Assembly: GCA_027858815.1 (NCBI GenBank)
Contig: JAQIBZ010000214.1
Span: forward strand, 1-47,294
Origin: Desulfobacteraceae bacterium
Lineage (GTDB): Bacteria; Desulfobacterota; Desulfobacteria; Desulfobacterales; Desulfosalsimonadaceae
Length of the DNA stretch: 47,294 bases
Reading direction: 5' to 3'
The number at the start of each line of letters is the position of its first letter. The stretch's first letter is position 1. Under the pieces are notes generated by a model. It saw nothing but the letters and a program-made list of their open reading frames with translations. It had not been told where the DNA came from and did not search any database. A program made the position numbers and the translations under genes. Of this stretch, positions 29,306-36,038 are shown in pieces.

Positions 29306-29633
29306 TTAGAGTTTGAATAAGCGCATGGCCTGATCCACCAGTTTGGTGGTACGGGCGTCAATCCTGGCCTCGTTCCAATCTGTTTCGGAAGCCAAGTCCC
29401 CATTTGGTTTCAGTCCATTCTTATAACCAATCCCCCGGACCGATGCGTTTTTCCGGTGCTTAGTCGCCAAGGGCCAGGAGTTCAGACAACTCGGCCTGCA
29501 GGCCTGGTATCACTGCTTCAAACTGTCAGTCGCGGTCCGGCCAAAGTATGCATGCCGGTGCTACTTGAATTTCCGGGTTATAAATGGCAGCACTCCGGAT
29601 CGCTTCCGTTAATATTTCATTCACCAATGTCAT
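29306..29633 (-). pseudogene. Decayed N-terminal remnant of a second pglZ fused to an unidentifiable C-terminal fragment
   Basis: Minus-strand translation from ATG 29633 gives MTLVNEILTEAIRSAAIYNPEIQVAPACILWPDRD*QFEAVIPGLQAELSELLALGD*APEKRIGP. It aligns with the intact PglZ N-terminus (MRVLDHLLKAVRDAAVFNPEVQSAPACILWPDRDRQWEAIIPYLQNELPELFVLGEYAPDNQKGP). The two in-frame stops fall where R and Y are expected. The rest, in another frame, reads GIGYKNGLKPNGDLASETDWNEARIDARTTKLVDQAMRLFKL* and ends at 29306. Confidence 0.75.
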
Positions 29634-30295
29634 GCCAGAGCCTCAAGGCGATTTAACCAGTCATTGAATAACGGGCATTCGCCGCGCATTTTATCCAAAC
29701 CGATTTCCAGCGCAGCCAGTGAACCATGTATCGGTTTATCATATTCTGAATAAATCCTTATGATGCGTTTGCTCGGGGCCGTTTCAGGGTTATCATTGAT
29801 TTCCTCCGGTGAATCAAATTTTTCCCGTATACCTCTAAAGCGACGTTCCAGCTCGTTTCGGTCGATACCTTGCGCCAATGCGGCCGGGTCACTGAATAAA
29901 AGCGCCTCGAATTCATGCATCTGTATGTAGGGAATAAAGCGGCGCAGAGGATCTTTTGTCAATTTCTCCTTTAAGGCATCAGAAAGCATATGCAGCAGGC
30001 AGTCCGACTTCTCCTGACTGTTGATTTTCTGTTGTGATTCCGTTTTCCCGGGGAAGTTGTTGGGTAGGCCATAGAAATCAAAAAAAGTCGTACAGTAGGC
30101 GTCCGGATCACCTTGTAGCCGGATGCGCAGATCCGTCAGAAGCCGTTCAAATTTAAAATTACCCCCTTTATGCCCGGGTTTTCCGATCAGAGATGGATAA
30201 AGATAGATGTCACGAGAAATAAAATAGTTGGCGAGCACTTGGTGAATGAACATTTCCTCGGTTTGGCCTTCGCAGATCACATGCACCCTAATCAT
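29630..30295 (-). CDS. DUF4276-like protein (predicted Toprim-like partner of the upstream ATPase)
   Basis: Starts MIRVHVICEGQTEEMFIHQVL. ATGA overlap with the ATPase stop (30292-30295) and ATGA overlap of its own stop with the pglZ remnant start. The family name is from memory of this N-terminal motif and the ATPase pairing. Confidence 0.6.
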   Translation of the reverse strand: MIRVHVICEGQTEEMFIHQVLANYFISRDIYLYPSLIGKPGHKGGNFKFERLLTDLRIRLQGDPDAYCTTFFDFYGLPNNFPGKTESQQKINSQEKSDCLLHMLSDALKEKLTKDPLRRFIPYIQMHEFEALLFSDPAALAQGIDRNELERRFRGIREKFDSPEEINDNPETAPSKRIIRIYSEYDKPIHGSLAALEIGLDKMRGECPLFNDWLNRLEALA

Positions 30296-31404
30296 TTGGT
30301 CGGCCTCCCCCCCAAAATGTTCTTTTCCCAAAGTTCACCGACCGAGTATTCCTCCAGCCATGTTTTAAAGTCTTGTTCAGAATATTGCTTGAAGATCGTC
30401 TCTCCTTGTTCCCTCTCAACTATAACAAGGTCATCGATTGAAAATTCATTAACCAAAGGCACGGACTGAGTCGAGACGATCAATTGCATCCGTTTTGAGG
30501 CCGAGCGCAGCAGGCCACCCAATAGGGAAATGGCATATGGATGGAGGCCGAGCTCCGGTTCGTCGATAATAATCGTGGAAGGCGGGTCCGGTTGCAACAA
30601 TGCCGTAACCAGGCAAATAAACCGGATGGAGCCATCTGATAACTGGTTTGGCCAGAATGCATAATCACTGTCTTTTTGCCGCCAGAGAAGCCGGATCTGT
30701 TGTTCTTCTGATTCAAGTGATTGTGGCTTGAGAACAAAGTCATCAAAAAAAGGTATGGCAAGGCGTGTGGTTTTGCGGATCTGCTGGTAGACTTTGGGGT
30801 GTTCCTTATTCAGTCGATATAAAAAGGCAGACAGGTTGGATGCATCTGATCGTAGATATTCATTATCATGAAGCGAGCCAATTCGTTTAACTCCAGCGGT
30901 GTCGCTGGTATCATGGAAATGGTAGACTTTCCAACTGGAAATGGAGCTGTAGCAATAATCCGCCACGCTTCCTTTATTCAATTTTTCGAATTCTTCCTTG
31001 AGTTTTGCTTCCAGGTGTCCGGCACCTAATTTTATCCATTTAGGCCCGTAATGTGGTCCCTTGAAGAATAATTCCTCATTTGCAAAAGAGAACCCGCCGT
31101 CAATCGTAGGTTCAAGCGTGAATCTGTATCCATTCAATGCGAATTCGATGAAAGACTCAATCTTGCTCGTTTCCTTCACCCCAAAGCTGACAATACGGTC
31201 TGACGATCCCTGATTGCGCGTCCAGCTTTGCTGCCGGCCTTCGACCATCTCGCCGAGCATACGAAAATAGGAAACGAAATTGCTCTTACCGGCACCATTG
31301 GCGCCGATCAGCACATTTAAGTTTCCGAGCGTAAATTTTTCAAGGTTCCTGATGGATTTGAAACCTTTGATGGTCAGCCGGTCTATTTCTTTTTTTGTGC
31401 TCAT
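30292..31404 (-). CDS. ABC/SMC-like AAA ATPase (AAA_15/AAA_21-type)
   Basis: Walker A LIGANGAGKSNF, signature-like QLSDGSIRF, Walker B/D-loop TIIIDEPELGLHP. ATGA overlap with the pglX stop. Confidence 0.8.
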   Translation of the reverse strand: MSTKKEIDRLTIKGFKSIRNLEKFTLGNLNVLIGANGAGKSNFVSYFRMLGEMVEGRQQSWTRNQGSSDRIVSFGVKETSKIESFIEFALNGYRFTLEPTIDGGFSFANEELFFKGPHYGPKWIKLGAGHLEAKLKEEFEKLNKGSVADYCYSSISSWKVYHFHDTSDTAGVKRIGSLHDNEYLRSDASNLSAFLYRLNKEHPKVYQQIRKTTRLAIPFFDDFVLKPQSLESEEQQIRLLWRQKDSDYAFWPNQLSDGSIRFICLVTALLQPDPPSTIIIDEPELGLHPYAISLLGGLLRSASKRMQLIVSTQSVPLVNEFSIDDLVIVEREQGETIFKQYSEQDFKTWLEEYSVGELWEKNILGGRPTK

Positions 31405-34400
31405 GATCCCGCCTCCCGTGCGGCGCTTTTTTCAGCCAGCCTTAAATGATGGTCATTGATACGGTCACCTTTGTTGCCGCCATATTGGGGGCCAAGATGA
31501 TACCAAGGAGCGGATTTTACATCCTTGCCCCGGTCTTTTTTCCAGTGGATATTGGGCTTGTCGCGTAAACACCCGGCGCCGCGTTTACCCAAATCGGGAA
31601 CGGACATGAAGGGACGGATATTGAGACGAACACCGTCGTTTAGATCCGGGTTCCAGCCCATGGGTTGTTTTTCGATGGGTTTCCAGCGGACAAAGATATC
31701 ATAGGGAGCTTCTCCTTCGAGAATCAGCTCCAGTTTTTTCTTTAATGATTCAGCCGCAGCCAATTTTTCCTGAGCACCATCAATGCCGTTTGCAATATCC
31801 TGTTTCTGGCGGGTGATCCAATCGCCCAGATAGGTATAGATCAGGGTTTCCAGGTTTTTGTAATCCAGTTTGTGATAATTCACAAGAGCAGCAAACCCGT
31901 CATGCATTCCGTCCCAGATATGCCAGATAAAAGGTCGGTGGTGGAATAGCTTGCAATGCTGAATAAAAAATTTGTCTCGCAGCCAGGTATCCAGGGTTTT
32001 GCCTACATGGTCGCTATTTTTAAGGAGCTGGCCAAGCCAATTTTGAAAAGTGGCAGTGGAAGCGGCATCCTGCCGCTTTTTATCAAGAGGCTGGAAGCCT
32101 CTTCCACTTTCCCACACAGCGGCCAAGAGATTGATCAACCGGTCAGCGGCGGAAGATTCGCCGCGCAATGGCGAAATACAGACAATGCCGTCTTCATCGG
32201 CAAAAGGCAGTAGCTCCCTTGTTTGCTCCACCCAGGCACGGGATTCATCAGAAAGTTCCATAGTGGAAGCGCCATCCTGGCGCTTGTTTTCAAGCGGCTG
32301 GAAGCCGCTTCCACTCTCCAGTTCCGCAGGCCATCGGTAACCAAGGAGGCAAGCAACAGCAACCTGCAAAACAGTAGCATCAGTGCGCAATGTAGAAGCG
32401 ACTTCCAGTCGCTTTTTCTCTTCATCCCAGATCACCGAGCCGCTTGGGTGGCCATGGAAAATCCATTGGGTGGGGTCGTCGGAGTATGGTTTTGGCAGGC
32501 CGTTGGGGTATTTTTCTTCGGCGACCTTGGTCCAGTGGTCGAGGTCGAATGGGACTTTGGTTATTGTTGCAGCCGTTACTTTAAGGGATTGATCGACAGC
32601 GCGAACATTGTCATGAAAATCACTCGATTCAACATATGCCCATATTACTGGAATGGCGCTATTATTCGTTGGGCAAATAGGACATACGTTATCATCAAAA
32701 GCTGAACCTGAATATAAAAATGGCTCTAATTTTTTCATTTTGTTCACAACCACGCCTTTACGATTGAAAACATTTTGACCATGCAACCTACATCCAAGTT
32801 GAGAGTTCAGTTCAACGTCATCTAATGGGACCTTGCAGACTTGCCCACGCCCTGACCAGGGCGATAACCCGTTTGGAGAATTAAGCCAGTAAACATGTGT
32901 ATCAGCGACTTTTGGAAACTCCCAAAAATTCATTAAAAATCTTGGGCAATCTCCGGTAGTGCTTCCTTTACCGTAATCAGCCACATTGGCTAATAAAACT
33001 TCATTTGAAAGATCATCAAACACCACCCTTGCATCTGGATTATCCAATTGTTTGGCCTGTTCCACGCCTTTGATTTCACTTGTCAATAATCCCGTGGCTT
33101 TTTCTTCGGCATTATATGGTTCAGAGACATCCAGGCCGTAAAAGTAACCAGATCTGGGCGACATAGCTACTTCTTCACCCCGACTCAATGAAATCAGAAT
33201 TGCCTTAACCACTTCTCCACTAATTGTCTCAAACGCCCCAGACCCTAATCGTGCAATCAAATGCCAGGTATCGTTTTTAAGTAATTTTTCTCTGAATTTC
33301 TTGTAGCTGGTTAAAAACAGCCAGTTCTGCGGAAGCACAATACTCGTGGAGCCACCCTTTTTAGACAATTCCAGACAACGATCCAGAAACACAGTCGCCA
33401 AATCGTTTTTGCTTTTCGGGTAATGTTTTTCACTAAATTTTCTTAGCGTTTCACCTTGCTTGCCCCTCTTCAGATAAGGCACATTGGTAATCATCCAATA
33501 ATATTTACCAGCCAAAATCTGCGCGGCCTTTGCCAATCCCTGAGCAGTCACGCCGATTTCCCGCTCCTCGAACGCCCGATCTTTTTGCAAAACTGTTTCA
33601 ACAGCCGTGGCCAGTCCATCCCACTGCACCAATTTTGCCACGGCAGTGCGCATGGGATCAATCAAACTGCCAAGCACAGGCGCATATTTAAACTCCTCAT
33701 AAAGGCCGACCAGGGCCAGGCGAAGCTTGGAGTCCCCATTAGCCAATTTTTCCCATTCGGATCGGGGCACACTCACGGACAATCCGGAACATGCCACATT
33801 CATTTCCGGTAATTGACGGTAACCACCAGAGTCAGGATACTTCCATGCCTCGATCGCCAAGGCAAAGGCAGCCAATTCCACACAGCGTTTGTCAATTTCT
33901 AGGCCATGGATATTTTCCCGCAGCACCGCATCCACTGCCTCACGGACGGTCAGGTCTTCGAGTTCTATACGCATGGGCACCAGCATTAAAAAAGCCGCTA
34001 CCAGGAAATGGCCAGACCCACAGCAGGGGTCAAGGGTTTTAAGTTCACTTAAATACTTCGGCCACCCGCCAAATGTGCCGGCAGCTGGTTGCCAAATAGT
34101 GGAAGCGGCATCCTGCCGCTTTTTATCAAGCGACTGGAAGTCGCTTCCACTTCCACTTCTCTTACAAGCAGAGTGCCCCCTGATATACAGCCTTATTTTC
34201 TCCAATTGCGCCGGATTCCGGACAATATGATCGAAAGATTCCTTTTGCCAAAAAACACCGCTTCTTCGTGCTGCCTTATTAATTTCGTTTGCAGTGAATG
34301 ACTTCCATGAATGAAGAATCCCTGAGAGATCATGTCCACCCTTGGGAGTTACCAAGACATGGATATGATTGGGCATTACCACGAAATCATCCAGGTCATA

Positions 34401-35576
34401 ACGATCACCGTCAAAATGTTTTAACGCATTTTCAACGATCGTTTTATATTCAGCGTGTTTGAGCAAACATTCGCCATAACCCTGATCGAGCCATTTTTGG
34501 ATACGGTTGGAAAATTTTTCATAGAACTCTTTTTTTGTTTTTTCATCGTGAGGTTCAGGATGCTGTTTTAGCCACTCGTCTTTTTCAGTTTGCCATGATT
34601 TCAGCTTTTCCTGTGGGAGAGAATCGGAGGTTCGGAAAGTGACAAAGTAGGTAACGCCTTCCTGTCTCCAATGAGGAAGATTTCCTGAAAGGTTGGCTAT
34701 CTCTTCGTCTTTATGGAAATAGTCGATTTCTTTCAAGCGGCTGGAAGCCGCTTCTACTTTCACAAACCGAAGGTATTCCAAAGGCACACCAGGAAGGGAT
34801 GCTTTTTGACGAAGTTCTTCTTCTGTTTGTGCATTTTTCAGATCAGCTTCACTTAAGCGCCTTGCCGCCCACCAGGCCCCCAAAGAATTATCCAAAAGAA
34901 AAGACACCATATAGGGTTCTGTAAAAAGCTGGGTCACCGCCGGGAGTTCCCGGGCGCCGATCTTTACTTCTGATGCGTTGACCTCTTCCTTCTTCTTGGC
35001 CTGCCAGAACTGATATACCCAGCCCAAGGAATCAGAAGCAGTAAAAACATCTACTGATAAATCGGCTATGAGGCGCTCCAACCTTTGCTGGTGTTCCGGC
35101 GGTAGTGTGAGTTGAAACACTGGTGAATCGATCCGGAAAATCTGGGGCAACATGCGCGCGGCATATTTTGCTGCCAGTTCCCACCCATTTTTGGCACCTT
35201 CATCATGGGCCAGATCTTCACAATCCTGAAGGGTAACAGGGACCGGATCATCCGGGTCCGGATACATGAGCAGGTTGTTTTCTGCTAAAAATCGAGCAAA
35301 TAGCATGCGGTGCCAGTGCTCATAAGCCACTTCTTCAATGAGCCTCTCAATCTCTTGAACTTGAGTATCACCGTTGCGATTATCACCCAACTGACGGCCA
35401 TGGGCACGCAATTGAACCCTCAGTTTCCGATCATCTTCAGTAAGATGTGAAAATGGCTTGGCCTCGCCCACGCCAAGTTGATTTAAGGATGCATTGGCCG
35501 CTTCCTCGGCGATGTCCCGGGCGTCCTTGACAGTACGTTCCAGTTTGTTTCGGAGTGCTTTTTCCAGTGGCTGCAT
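31401..35576 (-). CDS. pglX: BREX N6-adenine DNA methyltransferase PglX, 1391 aa, with in-frame RAYT and REP insertions
   Basis: PglX-type N-terminus with motif I LDPCCGSGHFLV and motif IV MITNVPY. GAGG RBS lies 5 nt upstream of ATG 35576. The ORF is uninterrupted despite the insertions listed separately. Confidence 0.85.
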   Translation of the reverse strand: MQPLEKALRNKLERTVKDARDIAEEAANASLNQLGVGEAKPFSHLTEDDRKLRVQLRAHGRQLGDNRNGDTQVQEIERLIEEVAYEHWHRMLFARFLAENNLLMYPDPDDPVPVTLQDCEDLAHDEGAKNGWELAAKYAARMLPQIFRIDSPVFQLTLPPEHQQRLERLIADLSVDVFTASDSLGWVYQFWQAKKKEEVNASEVKIGARELPAVTQLFTEPYMVSFLLDNSLGAWWAARRLSEADLKNAQTEEELRQKASLPGVPLEYLRFVKVEAASSRLKEIDYFHKDEEIANLSGNLPHWRQEGVTYFVTFRTSDSLPQEKLKSWQTEKDEWLKQHPEPHDEKTKKEFYEKFSNRIQKWLDQGYGECLLKHAEYKTIVENALKHFDGDRYDLDDFVVMPNHIHVLVTPKGGHDLSGILHSWKSFTANEINKAARRSGVFWQKESFDHIVRNPAQLEKIRLYIRGHSACKRSGSGSDFQSLDKKRQDAASTIWQPAAGTFGGWPKYLSELKTLDPCCGSGHFLVAAFLMLVPMRIELEDLTVREAVDAVLRENIHGLEIDKRCVELAAFALAIEAWKYPDSGGYRQLPEMNVACSGLSVSVPRSEWEKLANGDSKLRLALVGLYEEFKYAPVLGSLIDPMRTAVAKLVQWDGLATAVETVLQKDRAFEEREIGVTAQGLAKAAQILAGKYYWMITNVPYLKRGKQGETLRKFSEKHYPKSKNDLATVFLDRCLELSKKGGSTSIVLPQNWLFLTSYKKFREKLLKNDTWHLIARLGSGAFETISGEVVKAILISLSRGEEVAMSPRSGYFYGLDVSEPYNAEEKATGLLTSEIKGVEQAKQLDNPDARVVFDDLSNEVLLANVADYGKGSTTGDCPRFLMNFWEFPKVADTHVYWLNSPNGLSPWSGRGQVCKVPLDDVELNSQLGCRLHGQNVFNRKGVVVNKMKKLEPFLYSGSAFDDNVCPICPTNNSAIPVIWAYVESSDFHDNVRAVDQSLKVTAATITKVPFDLDHWTKVAEEKYPNGLPKPYSDDPTQWIFHGHPSGSVIWDEEKKRLEVASTLRTDATVLQVAVACLLGYRWPAELESGSGFQPLENKRQDGASTMELSDESRAWVEQTRELLPFADEDGIVCISPLRGESSAADRLINLLAAVWESGRGFQPLDKKRQDAASTATFQNWLGQLLKNSDHVGKTLDTWLRDKFFIQHCKLFHHRPFIWHIWDGMHDGFAALVNYHKLDYKNLETLIYTYLGDWITRQKQDIANGIDGAQEKLAAAESLKKKLELILEGEAPYDIFVRWKPIEKQPMGWNPDLNDGVRLNIRPFMSVPDLGKRGAGCLRDKPNIHWKKDRGKDVKSAPWYHLGPQYGGNKGDRINDHHLRLAEKSAAREAGS
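32056..32107 (-). repeat. REP copy A (52 nt, two hairpins plus closing stem) inside pglX
   Basis: GTGGAAGCGGCATCCTGCCGCTTTTTATCAAGAGGCTGGAAGCCTCTTCCAC, translated in frame as SGRGFQPLDKKRQDAAST. Confidence 0.85.
32263..32314 (-). repeat. REP copy B inside pglX
   Basis: GTGGAAGCGCCATCCTGGCGCTTGTTTTCAAGCGGCTGGAAGCCGCTTCCAC. Both stems differ from copy A by compensatory changes. Translated as SGSGFQPLENKRQDGAST. Confidence 0.85.
34099..34150 (-). repeat. REP copy C inside pglX, directly downstream (gene sense) of the RAYT domain
   Basis: GTGGAAGCGGCATCCTGCCGCTTTTTATCAAGCGACTGGAAGTCGCTTCCAC, translated as GSDFQSLDKKRQDAAST. Confidence 0.85.
34173..34679 (-). mobile_element. REP-associated tyrosine transposase (RAYT, IS200/IS605-like HUH-Y1) domain read in frame within pglX
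   Basis: LPHWRQEGVTYFVTFRTSDSLP...DDFVVMPNHIHVLVTP (HUH)...SWKSFTANEINK...VFWQKESFDHIVRN...RLYIRGH (candidate catalytic Tyr). No own ATG or RBS is visible. Confidence 0.75.
34731..34757 (-). repeat. Half REP (second hairpin only) upstream (gene sense) of the RAYT domain
   Basis: TTTCAAGCGGCTGGAAGCCGCTTCTAC matches the right half of copy B with 1 difference. It is read in a different frame, as VEAASSRLK. Confidence 0.75.
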
Positions 35577-36038
35577 AACACCTCAGAGTTGCCGGGAAAG
35601 AATCCCGGCCTACGATGACGAATTCTTTTTTGGTAGGTCGGGATTTCATTCCCGACATTGATCTGCATTAAAATTTACGTTTTTATTGCAACATTCATTG
35701 CGCGTGAGCATTAAAATGCGCATTTAATGGCTTTTTAATGATGGATTCACATTAAATGTCACATTAAACCAATTTTAATGTGATCGGGAATGTGAATTCA
35801 CATTCGGTTCATCAAATGGTCCGAAACCATTTTGCGGGCCATTTAAAAAAAATTGGCCCTACATCGGCCCGGGTGCAATTATCGGTGCACTTTCATGGAT
35901 ATTTGCACATTTTAAGAGTTGGTCAAATGGTACAAATCCATTCTTGAACCATTGTTTGATTAAAATGGACCAAAAAATGGCGCAATACCATTGCGGGTAA
36001 TCCGACCCCCTTTCCGGGCGGTTCGCATAACGCAGCTC
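35577..36038 (-). promoter_or_regulatory. 460-nt non-coding region between brxC and pglX, dense in palindromic operator-like sites; probable internal promoter/regulatory region
   Basis: No ORF of 60 aa or more. Three AAATGG-N7-CCATT sites (35814-35832, 35925-35942, 35975-35992). Perfect palindromes at 35759-35783 and 35788-35805 share TCACATT half-sites. Hairpins lie just upstream of the pglX RBS. Confidence 0.6.

Noticed and set aside
29630-30331. The N-terminal extension MGKEHFGGEADQ of the DUF4276-like ORF, and similar upstream extensions of pglZ (26615), metK (45554), trmD (5843) and cusA (16574).
   Set aside because: Internal ATG codons give ATGA coupling or a proper RBS and match the conserved N-termini. 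The extensions start at alternative codons inside upstream genes or RBS sequences.
32050-32705. Plus-strand ORFs inside pglX encoding EAASCRFLSRGWKPLPL-type peptides (32050..32340, 32223..32705).
   Set aside because: These are antisense read-through of the REP palindromes, which are open in several frames. They are not independent genes.
35577-36038. The brxC-pglX spacer was considered as a retron-like ncRNA or a small-protein gene.
   Set aside because: No reverse transcriptase is nearby. Only tiny ORFs (under 25 aa) without RBS are present. The repeated half-site architecture fits protein-binding DNA better, but an ncRNA is not excluded.
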